DNA of 64,000 nucleotides from Macrostomum lignano (Eukaryota): NCBI GenBank assembly GCA_002269645.1, contig NIVC01002676.1, positions 62,001 to 126,000 of the forward strand, read 5' to 3'. Shown piece by piece: positions 15,583 to 27,265 of this stretch (position 1 is its first letter; each line of letters starts with the position of its first letter). The notes under the pieces were generated by a model. It saw only the letters and a program-made list of their open reading frames with translations, ran no database searches and was not told where the DNA came from. The position numbers and the translations under genes were made by a program.

Positions 15583-16110
15583 ATGCTTTACACTTTGAAG
15601 ATCGCAACAAGAGATGCGGATGTAAGAATAAGCGCAGATGCACCCCAGGGGATCATGATGAGTATACCTGGGTCATTAGTATACCCAGCTTGGATTTATC
15701 AAAGCCACCTTCAACGCGCAGGCCAGACACCGCAGCGCTCCCAAGAATTTTTGAGAGAACTTGTTGAAAAATTTAGTACTGATCAGCCCGAAGGTGGTGA
15801 CGCTGTGCTAGTTTGGGATGGTCCAACATTTCATTGAGAGATTGCGGCTCCACTAGGCCATCAACACTGTTTTTCGCTTCGCTTGTTGCTCCTGTGTACT
15901 CACCATTTCTCAACTCTGTTGAATTTGCTCATAGCGCCCTGAAGGCCGAAATCAAGAACCGGATAGCAGAGCCCGGTAGGCTAGAAGAATTGAGGCTGGA
16001 AGACCGGCAGACATGAAACTAGAAAATTTGCGCTACTGGAGAGATCGGGAATCGAGGCGCTTGATGTCATCACGCCGATCAAGGTGGCCAACTGGGAGAT
16101 CCATATTTCA
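15583..16110 (+). pseudogene. Degraded Tc1/IS630-like DDE transposase fragment
   Basis: LVWDGPTFH (cf. LVMDNAPFH), then after a stop/frameshift PVYSPFLNSVEFAHSALKAEIK (cf. PPYSPFLNPIE). Confidence 0.7.
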
Positions 16111-16695
16111 TTGTTCGAGGCATTATCCCCTCTGCATGGTGCCCCAACCCTTGCTGTAACATTTTAGACAGTTACTGGAGCTTTCTTTCCTGTTTGCATT
16201 AATCATTGCTCTTTTGTAGTTCTATTTCAAATAAATGCAATCCCACTCAGTCGAGCTTCTCGGTCAAATTTGCATGCTGCCTATGTCCAAACCTTGTCCG
16301 CTTTTTAACTTAGCATGACAAAACCAATACTGGCAAGTTCTTGGAACTCAAATCAAGGAAAGAATTTTAGGTTGGCTATCTTAATAGCATTTTGACTTTA
16401 TCGCTTCCTGCAGAGATCTTTAACCGAAAAGCAATCAGTTGTATTCATATATTTGTAGAATTCAATTCTACAATAACGGACACAAAGATATTCCAGCATC
16501 AAGGCATGGCTAAGGTCAAGTCTAACATTGCCTGAGCAGTTTAGTCGTAATCTCAGTTCGAAACCAAATAGAGACAGACACAGTGCTAAAGGACTAAACG
16601 CTCTTCTTAAAAGTCCGGAGGAACAAAGTTTGTCTTTTGTTTAGCTAGGCGTTGGATAGTGACTGACAGAGTTGGTCAGGTGCTTTGCATCGGGC

Positions 16696-17016
16696 CTACC
16701 AGGTGCAGAGCTTCAGCAGGCATGGGGTGACGCCGTAAGAGCGGCGATGCATGACGGGACCGGCTGGTGTTGGCTCTGCGGACTGCAGCCGACTCTCGTG
16801 AAGCTGCTGCTGCTGCTGCTGCTGCTGATAGTCCAGCAACATCTGCCGCAGCAGAACCCGGCGCATGGCCAGCTCGTCACTTTGGCGCAGATCGGGCTCA
16901 GCGTAGCGCATCCGGTCGCTTGCAACTTCGTCGTAATCAGCGACCGACATGCAGCGAACTCCGTGCAAGGCTGTTAGGCCAAGCAGCAGCGTCAGTGTAA
17001 TGCCGATTGGTGTCAT
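16696..17016 (-). CDS. Neuropeptide precursor, 106 aa: signal peptide, pro-region, RR cleavage site, C-terminal cyclic peptide SYGVTPCLLKLCTW
   Basis: Hydrophobic N-terminus (ITLTLLLGLTALHGVRC), dibasic RR at residues 91-92, two Cys in a C-x4-C ring at the C-terminus. Splice acceptor TTTGTTTAG just upstream of the ATG, TATAAA at about 17221-17226 (minus) and CCAAT near 17241. Confidence 0.75.
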   Translation of the reverse strand: MTPIGITLTLLLGLTALHGVRCMSVADYDEVASDRMRYAEPDLRQSDELAMRRVLLRQMLLDYQQQQQQQQLHESRLQSAEPTPAGPVMHRRSYGVTPCLLKLCTW

Positions 17017-18419
17017 CTTGGTTGACTATCCTAAACAAATTTGATAAAATAGATATGCAGAAATCTGAAAAGTAGCCAATAATAAGGTTAAAAACATTGC
17101 CTGCATACAAAAACATACCTGTGCGGATGAATCTCTCCTAAAATTAGATAAGATCTTGCCTGGGTACGATCTGTTCCGATGGGTTTCAGTGGATTTGGCT
17201 GCATTCGTCAAACAGGCGCATTTATAGAGGATTTGAGCAGCCAATCAGGTTTCTCGCTTTACAGGTAGAGCCTAACGAGTTCATCCCACAAGAGACGGCA
17301 ACAACAGCAGGCACCTGTCAGACAAATCGCGGAGGTGTGAGCAACTGCGGAGGCGTTCCATTGTGCTCTGTTTTCTAACTCCCGAATCGAAAAAACAGCG
17401 TGAGCCAAGGAAGCGCAAATTTAGCCTCTGGATAATCCCGCCAGAGTGAATTGCTTCTAAATTTATATCTCAATCTGTGTGAAAAATTAATTGGCGAATA
17501 TGGTTGCAGGAATAGACGAGACGAAACGAGATAAACTCTTCTGATCGATGATGTACACGAATACAGTATAAAATTTGGGCTTTTAAAAAGCAGAAAAAGG
17601 CAGATTTGGATGCTGCTGCAAGAGACTCAAGGAAGATTCCCACGGGATGCCCACAAAAGCTCGCACACGGTTCAAAATAGGCTGGAGGCTTAATGGGCCT
17701 AATATGGAGAAGGAGTGAATATTAGATTTTAATGTATTTCACCTTAGTCTGTGAGAGACACGCATGAGGCAAAAACTCGCCGATTAATAATGCCTAAATG
17801 TTGCATATAATTTAGTAGTGTACATTCACTTTTTAAGCCAAAAATGGTTGGCATTATGTGCAACAAATAAGTAATTATTTTATGCTCTTAATTAGCTGAG
17901 TCCTTGAGCAGCTGTTTGAATGGCCTGAATTGCTTGTCGATTTTCGAAAAATCGGGCCTCGATTGCTTCTGCTCTGAAAGCATTGATGTAGTGAACGAAA
18001 TGAAGAGCTATAAAATTATAAAAACTGTCTGGCGCGGCCACTTCAGCCATGTAAGGCAGTTGAGGATTGTCGCATTTGAGCTTGATTTTTAATGTTATCT
18101 CCCGATATCTCGCGCCAGGTGGCAACTGCACAGATACGCTGGTAGAAGTTGAAGCAAATATCATCGGCGTTATCTCGGCGTTAAGCACGTCGACAAATTC
18201 TACACATGGTTTCAACGATCAGTTGCTGGCTGGTAATACTGGGACAGTACTGGGGCAGCGACCTGCCTGTAGCTGCGCGTGAACACCATCACGATGCGGC
18301 CGCTGTAAACCTCTTTGACATGGCCTTCTAGGATAATAAGCGAGTCATCTTGGCCTCTTGGCCTCTTCTAATTCGGTAGCCATCCGGTGATGTCTCAGCT
18401 CGCCTGGCCTGACTGATTT

Positions 18420-18925
18420 GAAGCAGCATGAGAGTCACGAAGCCAGAAGCCAGATGTTCACAGTGTCCACTGCCGTGGAGCTTCCAAATCTCTTATCGAA
18501 TTCCTTGGGCTCGATTCCGCTCGCGGCAAGCAGCAAGCCAGTTGACTCAACCGTTTACCAATCAGCTGCTCTACGCAGCAACTGCTACACGTCCAGACAT
18601 CTCTCTTGTTGTCTCTGCAGTGAAGCGAATCTTCCGATACCTAAAAGGGAACAATCGACTTTGGCTTAGAATACAACTTTGATGATCGCGGCTTTCGGCA
18701 GACTGCATAATATCGTAGATGATCGACATTCCACCTCTGGCAATCGTGTTTTAAGCTATCTGGTGGCGCTGTCAGCTGGCTTAGCAACCGTCTCACTCTC
18801 GACAACGGAAGCTGAGTACGTCGCGTTGAGCTCTGAAATACGAGAAACCATGTGATCTTGTAAGATCAGGATCTGAGCGACCCATCGTGATCTCCGAGGA
18901 CAACCAAGGAGCTATTGCTCATGAA
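18420..18925 (+). mobile_element. Ty1/Copia RT-RNase H remnant
   Basis: Frameshifted motifs LLYAATATRPDIS, AVKRIFRYLKG, DDRHSTSG, GGAVSW, LSTTEAEYVAL, IVISEDNQGAIA. Confidence 0.85.
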
Positions 18926-19899
18926 CAATTTCCAGTAAGTGGGAATGTTGAAAAAGTAATGTAAAGTAATTATATTATGCAAATTATATTGTAGGAACTC
19001 CCCTTAGATTTCCCAATTCAAGAAATTTCTAGAACGATACAGCATAATTTTTGTCTTATGTCTACCGCTCGATATTTGTTTACAAGCCAGAGGAATTGCG
19101 AAACCGTAGATGCGGTCTTAACTGGCCTATTCCGGATCAGTCCCAACCTTCATTGTTTAGGGGCAGCTCTGGGCTGCTGTAAAAACACAGCCGAGCTTAC
19201 CGGGCTTGCGATTAAAAACGCGAAAACGTGAAATGACGCGATATCGGGCGCTATTTCTGAGACGCAGGAGGGGAATGAAAAATTGGTTCGGGAATGCTAT
19301 CTCAGGGCAATCTCGCATTTTCAATGAAAAATTGCCAAGGCTCATTCTGTTGGGAAGAAAACAATGCATCAACAGTGGAGTTTTGGAGAGAGAGAGAGAG
19401 GGGAGAGAGAGAGAGAGCAACGGCAGCGCAAGTGATGGCTTAACACCATTACTAAATTGAAAAAATGACGGGCTTTAGAGGTAGACCGATTCGCTTTTTT
19501 CAACCGGTTTCATCTATCTTTGGATGTTTGCTGTCTAGGCTTTTTGAAAATGGAAAATAACACAAATTCAATTCATGGTAAAATTTCTATTTAATTTTTT
19601 TTAAATTGGAGGTATCGGATGTAGAAAATCTCTAGCCTCTCCACTTTTTTATTGCTTGACGATTTATCCCATTTACAGACAACACACGACTTGAACCTTC
19701 CTAGCTGAGTCTTCATTTCATTCTAGATGCAAAAACATTAGGTGGATTCATCAATCATTTTAACTAAGGAAATTGTACTCATTATGTGCCAGCTCAACAT
19801 ATTTTAACATATCTCTGCATACTATAGCATGCATACATCCCAGTCCAGGGCGCCGGCATCAGACCAGTCGACGAAGCGCTGAATACGGGCCTGTCCTTG

Positions 19900-21030
19900 C
19901 CGGTCCGGTAAGCGTGCCCGCAGCCTCAGCAGCATCTGAGGAGTTTTGGAGACCACGTCCTGGACGTTTCCCTGGACCCAGTCGCTACGCGAGAACAACG
20001 GCTGCAGCTGGGTGCGACTAAGTGTCTCCCCATTCAGTCAGGAAACGACAACCAAGACCCAGAGTCGGATATTTCGTTGCCGCCTGACTCGAACTCACTG
20101 TCCGACGCTATCCGTCTCCGACGGGGGCCGCCCCCTCAAATGCGGCGTCGTAGAAGACGGCCCAGACAGCCAGCCGAAAATGATCAGAGCGGTGAGCAAG
20201 AACCTTTAGCCTTTTCGGCTAAATTGCAACAGGTGGAAGGCCAGATCTACAAAGCTACACGATTGCTGAGACGAAGCTCAAGGCAGCCGAGTAGTACAAC
20301 TCATCTACGGCCTACTCCGTCGCCGCCAGAGCGGACGGAATACCATACTCGGACACTCCGGACAGCAGACCTCCCCAACATGTTCCCTACAACGACCAGA
20401 ACCGCCTTAACACCAGATCAGCCGGCGCCGCCCCGGGCCCGCGGTTCCCAACAGACGTCTAGACCACGCTGCAAACTCAGGTTCCAGGACAACCTGACAG
20501 ACTGACTGACTGACGCTGGGCTGTCAACTTGACCTTCAAGGCCAACCTCAATGCCCTGAGTCGCGAACGCCACCCGCCATCGCTACCAGACCCGGCGAAA
20601 ATCGCTGTGAACTCGGCGTTCCTGCTGGACTTCACCGCACTCTGCGGTTACCACATCCCCAGGACGTTCGCCGCACTCTGCGGTTACCACATCCCCAGGA
20701 CGTTCGCCGCACTCTGCGGTTACCACATCCCCAGGACGTTCGCCGCACTCTGCGGTTACCACATCCCCAGGACGTTCGCCGCACTCTGCGGTTACCACAT
20801 CCCCAGGACGTTCGCCGCACTCTGCGGTTACCACATCCCCAGGACGTTCGCCTCACTCTGCGGTTACCACATCCCCAGGACGTTCGCCTCACTCTGCGGT
20901 TACCACATCCCCAGGACGTTCGCCTCACTCTGCGGTTACCACATCCCCAGGACGTTCGCCGCGAGCGCTGGCCTTCCCGGGCCTTCCTCGCTACCCTCGA
21001 CACGGACGCTTCGGCCTCTGGAGGCACCTC
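19900..21030 (+). mobile_element. Degraded non-LTR (RTE-like) APE-endonuclease fragment with an internal 36-bp tandem expansion
   Basis: ANLNAL (cf. GDLNA) and NSAFLLDFTALCG (cf. N-G-x-x-LL-x-F). 20508-21030 is homologous, in inverted orientation, to 24088-24344. Confidence 0.5.
20637..20962. repeat. 36-bp minisatellite, 9 copies (CACTCTGCGGTTACCACATCCCCAGGACGTTCGCCG)
   Basis: Direct inspection. Present as a single unit in the inverted homologue at about 24170-24220. Confidence 0.95.
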
Positions 21031-21689
21031 TGTTGCCGCCCCTCCCTGGCAAATTTTGGGCGCTGGCAGAGTGAGGCAGAGAGAGACTCTGCTCGGATGA
21101 TTTCGCCTGCCAGCTGGAGTCGTCGATGGCGCGAGACAGACCAAGGCCGACCCAACACAGTCTAAAATATACATGTACATGTATCTAAACACGCAAACGT
21201 ACACCGAATTAGCCATATCAGAAAGATTCAATTAAGCTAAAAGCAAAAAGTTTTAATAAAGCTTGAGCCAAAACACTAAGTCAATGTCTTTTAATATCCA
21301 ACACTGTGTTGGTAAGCCAGGCTGACAAAATGATTGCCAGTTGCGCTGTTGACGCGCTCGTGCCTGCACAAGCTATCCGAGCTCGTATGTGCAACAGAGA
21401 CAAACACAACAAAAAGGGAACTTCGCTATTCTTCCCGAATTGCGCACTGGCATGTGCAATCGCAAAAGGGAACTTCCTTATATTTTTGCCTTGAATATTT
21501 AGAGAGCGAATAAGGAGCTCCAATGAGAACTGATCGAGGTGGCTGATTCATCTAAAAATGGACAGGATCTCACAAGTTTGCTGTCTCTATTTAGCGTATA
21601 AACTAGGAGAAATCGGTTGCTATAATTCCACCAAGTTGTCTACCAATACCGACTAATCAACTAAGATAAGCCGTGGTGCTTACATTTTC

Positions 21690-22667
21690 ATGATGAGCGC
21701 CGATCCTTTTAAGGAAATGGGCCAAATGCTGATAAACGTAAGTGAGTCGGTAAAAGAATTAAAGTCTCTGCAAGACTATCGTACGGTGTTGAGCAGGACC
21801 ATCGAAGAAATTAAGAGGCACTCAGGCGTCATTGAGGACTTCAATCTGCCGGAGGAGCCGGAGCTCAAGGACACGAATCTATCCCAGAATGAGCAGCGGG
21901 AGCTTAGGAAGACAATCCTGAATGTGTCACGGGAACTGACGCCTTTGTTAAATGAACTAAAGATAGCAGTGCACGCTGCACGCGACTCTGGATGCGAGCT
22001 CGAGGAATGGTTCGTCAACTCCGAAAAAGCTATTGACGAGCTTGAAAAATTCGCAAAGAACAAAATCACCGCCGGCATCATGCGCCCAGAGGTCATCAAA
22101 AATTTGATCGCGCACCTCGAGAGTATGCAGAAAATGGGACAGAAGTTTTCTGACTTGACAAAAAAACTCACCAGTCAGCTGGTAACTGTGCAACAGCGGG
22201 CTGAGCACCTGGCGAGTAAAATAAATCAAGAAGAGGAAAAGACGAGAAAGAAAGTCGGCGCAAAATGGTGGCAACTTGTGGTTGCGGCGGTCGGCTTATT
22301 GGTCGGCACAGCGGCTCTCGCGGCCCTCGGCTTCTTCACCGGCGGCGTGGCCTGGGGCGTCGCAGCTGGTGCCGTCGGATGTGCCGGCGCAGTCGCGGGA
22401 AGCGGAATCTTGGCCAAGAAAACTACAATGGACGTAGCGTCGATTCGCAAGCTGGCTGACGGCATTAAGGAGAACTTTACAGAGCTAGAAATTCTCGCTA
22501 GCAAACTGAAGAAAAACTGCGACAATGCGGAAGCCGTCGAGTGGCGTCAGGATTGCCTTGAAAAGCTGGATTTGGCGTTGAACTTCTTCAGAACTTGTTA
22601 TAAGAAAGATTCTAGAATTGATGCGCTAAAGAATCAGATTCGAAGTCACGGCATAGAGCCTGTCTGA
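21690..22667 (+). CDS. Intronless 325-aa helical protein with a 50-aa Gly/Ala-rich hydrophobic hairpin (ApoL-like or ClyA/HBL-type pore-former-like)
   Basis: Clean ORF with non-repetitive sequence and TATAAA at about 21597. Amphipathic/coiled-coil residues 1-190, uninterrupted hydrophobic stretch 193-242 (WWQLVV...LGFFTGGVAWG...GILA), helical C-terminus. No signal peptide. Confidence 0.75.
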   Translation: MMSADPFKEMGQMLINVSESVKELKSLQDYRTVLSRTIEEIKRHSGVIEDFNLPEEPELKDTNLSQNEQRELRKTILNVSRELTPLLNELKIAVHAARDSGCELEEWFVNSEKAIDELEKFAKNKITAGIMRPEVIKNLIAHLESMQKMGQKFSDLTKKLTSQLVTVQQRAEHLASKINQEEEKTRKKVGAKWWQLVVAAVGLLVGTAALAALGFFTGGVAWGVAAGAVGCAGAVAGSGILAKKTTMDVASIRKLADGIKENFTELEILASKLKKNCDNAEAVEWRQDCLEKLDLALNFFRTCYKKDSRIDALKNQIRSHGIEPV

Positions 22668-23454
22668 GGCAAACTACACGGATCCTTCGCTTATTGTCTA
22701 AGAAAACTAAATTTAACTAACAATATCACTTTTTCGTTATAATTATTTATTTGCCACTGCTGGTCATTTTTGCGGATGTACGCTTGCGATCCCTAGTTGA
22801 TAGTTAGAGCTACGGAATAGTTGCTACCAGGGTTTAGTCAAAATTTAAGTCAAGATCTAGATAAATACCGACGAGCCATTTTTAGTATAGTGGATTTAAG
22901 TGACTAATATATTTAGTGTTAACATATGAATTTGTTGAACTGAAAACCTTTGGCAAGGCTGATCTTAACCACTATACACTCATACATGTAACTGTTGTTG
23001 ATCTAATACTCGTAGTTGCTTTATGCTTCCAATTGCTGAGGACGCACTTTTTCGCAACTGATTTCTCATCTCTTTTTCTCCAACTAGGCCAGTTCTGGTT
23101 TTTTCCTTTATTTATTCTGAGACTTGGTTTTGCCACTTTTATAAAATCGTGTACTTCTAATTCATTTGTATGTACACATGAATTCCCTTAGAAAGCATAA
23201 AGTACAAAATTAATAAAAAACCAAAGGGCCACTAGAAGTTACCGTTGTATCAAAGGTAACACCCAGTGGTCCGTTTAGTAAACATGAGCACAAAGTATAT
23301 ATTGTCAGTTTTTTGCGTGATTAATTATAGCAATATAAGAAGTCGAAGAAACGCCAAAATAAACATGCTTAGTGCCAGCGCGTTTCGATGCAAACCGGAC
23401 ATCTTCAGGGAATGGTGCAACAATGAGAACCAAAACAACCATTTATTTATATAT

Positions 23455-23545
23455 TCTAAAGAGTCACTGGCACCAAAACTAAAGGGTCACTGGCACCAAA
23501 ACTCTAAAGAGTCACTGGCACCAAAACTCTAAAGAGTCACTCATA
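23455..23545. repeat. Short tandem repeat AAAGAGTCACTGGCACCAAAACT(CT), about 3.5 copies
   Basis: Direct inspection. Confidence 0.85.
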
Positions 23546-24087
23546 ACGAAACAAAACAGTAGACAGAATGATTTCTGTCCGGTCGATAATTATAACACGC
23601 CGCGCAAACTAACAAGTGATCTTGAATCGCAGAACTTTTTAGCCAATGTTCTCTTACCCTTGTATGCAGGTTCGCTTAAGTTTTCCCTGATTATTTCCCT
23701 GATTCAGCTCCTCCCAGCAGTCGTTGGCCGCCTTAGAGGTCTGGTGCGGCAGGCTGATGACCACCCGGCACAATTTGAGCCTGCATGGTGATGACGACCA
23801 CCGCGCCCCGGCCGTCCGAGGTGTTAAAGGTGTTACCTTAATAAGTAGTTAGTTTATCTTAAAATAGACACCTCTATTTATATGGTAAGTGAATCTCAAT
23901 TTCCCTTCTAGAATTTTCTAGAATATAATTCTTAATTATATGCTTATGGTCTCCGACTCCTAACCTGTACAATTAAGTTTTGTTTGAGCTACGCCAGAGC
24001 TAAATTCAATGTTAACCTTTTCTCGCACTCTTTCGCAAGACTCAATAAACGGTAAGTTACTACAATCAAATAAGACTTTCTTAATAC

Positions 24088-24344
24088 GAGGTGCCTCCAG
24101 AGGCCGAAGCGTCCGTCGAGACCTCGGTTGTCCGGGGTGTCGAAGGCAGCAAGGAAGGCCAGGGTGCGCTCGCGGCGAACATCGTCTTGGAGACGTGGGG
24201 ATCCCGCACAGTGCGGCGAAGTCCAGCAGGAACGCCGCGTTCACCGCGATTTTTGCCGGGTCTGGGAGCGATGGCGGGTGGCGTTCGCGGGTCAGGGCGT
24301 TGAGGTTGACCTTGAAGGTCCAAGTTGACAGCCCAGCGTCAGTC
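24088..24344 (-). mobile_element. Second, inverted copy of the RTE-like endonuclease fragment
   Basis: Reverse complement aligns with 20508-20660 plus 20960-21030 (FKVNLNALTRERHPPSLPDPAKIAVNAAFLLDFAALCG). Confidence 0.6.
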
Positions 24345-25821
24345 TGGAAGAAGGTCGGGTTCAGTAATTGGAACTCCAGGCCAGAGTACGGTGGATGCGG
24401 GTCTTGCTCTTCAGAGTAACAGGCCGGTAAGATTCTGGCTCGGTTTTTTACTCGGTTTTATACAAAGAATAAACTAGAGATAACTTGCCTCGATCGCCCT
24501 CATAGGTAAACCTTGCATGCGGTTTCAGCTAATCGTTCCACCGTTCCTTGGAGCGCTAGGCAACCAGTTACCGCGCTCTCTCGGCACCCTCGACCACCAC
24601 TGATTTTGACTCCCTCCGCCACTGCTGACGGCACTTTCGGCATCGCCGTTTTTAGGAGACTTTCGTTTTGGTTAGGAGCTGGTTAGGAGCACATTTGTGT
24701 AGCCGGTTACTGTTAGTCCTTTAAATGCAGCATTCATTTGTTATTTTGGAAATGTATTAATACTCGTAAAGATTTATGGCTTCAATTTTTTATTTAAAGC
24801 TTCAAATCTTTGGTTTGATGATCTACCGGTTTGTGACTGGTGCCCAAATTAAATTGGCGCGTCTGCAATGAATATGGACTCTTCAATGGACTCTTGTTTT
24901 GGACTCGTATATTCTGAATACTTCGTAATATGATACTGAACTGAAAGTGTTTCCTAGAAAACTCATCTATTTTTTCCTAGAAAAATCTGTTCTTGTTTCC
25001 GTACCGTTCGTGGTTTTTGTCTTCAATCGTCAGAACTGCACCGATTTGATATATTCAACCATATATGAGAAAGGCTTATACTAAAACTTATTTTCTTAAA
25101 TGCGAATTAATTTACTATCTGGGCATGCGATTTTTTATTGGTTTAGAGAAATATTTAATAATACATGATCTGAGTCTAAGTCTATGAATTTATTGATTTT
25201 TTTCCTTTTTTGCCTAGGCCTATTTAAGTCACATAGATAAATTTGATTTTTAGCCCTAATTTTTATTCTATTCCATTTGATATATTTCATTTGCTTGCCT
25301 TGAGTAAAGACACCTTACTTTTGAAAATGGGTCAAGTAATAGTTGGCCTATGCCTATAAATGTTACGAAACATTTTGTATCATAACTTTAAAAAAAATTT
25401 GTAATCTAGATGTGTATAGGCCTAGGCCTGCCAGGATGGAATTCTTGTATTTGGCATGTCCAATGGAATCATGTGATTTTTATCATGCATAAAATAATTT
25501 TTAGGCCCTGGCCTACTTGTTGCTCTTTAATTTATGATTTTGGAGCATAATAAATTGCAAGAGCAAAGTTATATTTGTTTAATTTTCTCCAGAACTAGTT
25601 CTATTTTTTCTTTGAAATAAACTTACAATAGTCTAAATAGTTTTCTTAGAAATATAAATTTGAATTATTGTCAGATTTGTTTTATTATATTCATTTTTGT
25701 TTTATTCATGCAAATATTGCCTTAATTAATAGTCAATTTAACAATACATAAAAACCCTAATTCAATTTCTAAACAATAGAGGCCTAAGTATAGTGCAATA
25801 AAAAAATGAGTTCTTTAAAAG

Positions 25822-27075
25822 CAGTGTTGGGCAAGTTACTCAAAAAAGTAACTTACGTTACTGTAACTTAAGTTACCACTTTATAAAAAGTAACTTACAT
25901 TAGCCTAGTAACTTTGAACAAAAACCCGGTAACTTTTAAGTTACTTCCATTACTTACTTCCGTTACCTATGTTATTAACAAAATTTTCTGCTTTTTTAAC
26001 ATTGCAAATGTGCTGGAACAGCACAAATGATCGCAAAAGCCAGGAGGAAGAATACAACAACATTAATTTCAGTAACTGTATTAAATTTTAATCACTTTAG
26101 GCCCTTTCCGTAAAAAGAAGAGAAGCTAAAGGTCAGAAACATTAAAGGCAAAACGCAATTTAATTTTTAATAACATTATAAGTTATAATACACAAGGACA
26201 ACTTAACGTAACTTTATTTGTCCTTGATAATACATCGCTTGTAATAAGTACCTGGCTTTACTCCACTCTACAGTCTGCTTTACTAGTCTTTTTATTTATT
26301 TTCAATTATTATCATTAATATTAAATTATTGTACAGTGCAGTGCAGTGCCAGTGGACTTTAGTGGTGTAGCCAGGGAGGCCGCCTTAACAATCGTTGGGG
26401 CGGCAACTTCACCCCACCTGCAAGACACCCCTCCTGGGGGGGGGGTGGGGTTGGGCGTGGCGGGTACCAAAAACCATGAGGCGATTGAGTGCCTGCGGTG
26501 CTTAAATGAGTGCCTGCAGCGCTTAAATGAGTGCTTGCGGCGCTAAAATGAGTGCCTGCGGTGCTAAAAGTGGCAATGGCATGAGGCATGGTCAGCCAGG
26601 CCAACCTGCCCCCCCAATTAAAATTCCTGGCTACGTCAATCACTGAGTGGATTTGTGGAGACTACAGATGAATTTCTTTCTTTGGTTGCTTGTTTCTAAG
26701 AACTAAACAAAATATTTTTATAAACTTAAAAACGAAAAGCAAAAATATTTTACCAAAAATAACAAAGTAAAAACATGTTTCAAGTATTTCTTTATTAATT
26801 ACAGCGTAATACCGTATGATATTATTCACTTAGTTTTGAATTTAGGAATAAAAAATGCTAAAAATGTGACAACTGGCGTAATAGCTAAGCATATCAGTTT
26901 TAAATTTAAATATTGCGATTGTTGCAAAGTAACTGTAACAGACTTCTGAAATTTAAGTAACTTACCGTTACTCCGTTACCAAAATAGGAAAGTAACTTGT
27001 GTAAGGAACACTTTACAAAAAAGTAACTTGCATTACCATTTACAAGTTACTTAGTAACGGAAGTGCCCAACACTG
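25822..27075. mobile_element. Non-autonomous hAT-type element
   Basis: TIRs CAGTGTTGGGCA / TGCCCAACACTG, perfect 8-bp TSD TTTAAAAG (25814-25821, 27076-27083), subterminal GTAAC/GTTAC repeats. Confidence 0.9.
26361..26645. mobile_element. GC-rich MITE nested in the hAT element
   Basis: Imperfect TIRs AGTGGTGTAGCCAGG / CCTGGCTACGTCAATCACTG. Internal 21-bp subrepeat GCGGCGCTAAAATGAGTGCCT is shared with 37521-37823. Confidence 0.7.
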
Positions 27076-27189
27076 TTTAAAAGTATCTTAAAAGTAGATG
27101 AATTTAAGTTTCAACAAAAGAAATGCATGATTTTTTTTAATTTCACCTGATTTTATATATTTAAATTGTAGGAGTTCACTTATAACAAA

Positions 27190-27265
27190 CACATACACAC
27201 ACACACACACTCACTCACTCACTCACTCACTCACACACACACACACACATACACATACACACATA
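27190..27265. repeat. (CA)n/(CTCA)n microsatellite
   Basis: Direct inspection. Confidence 0.9.
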
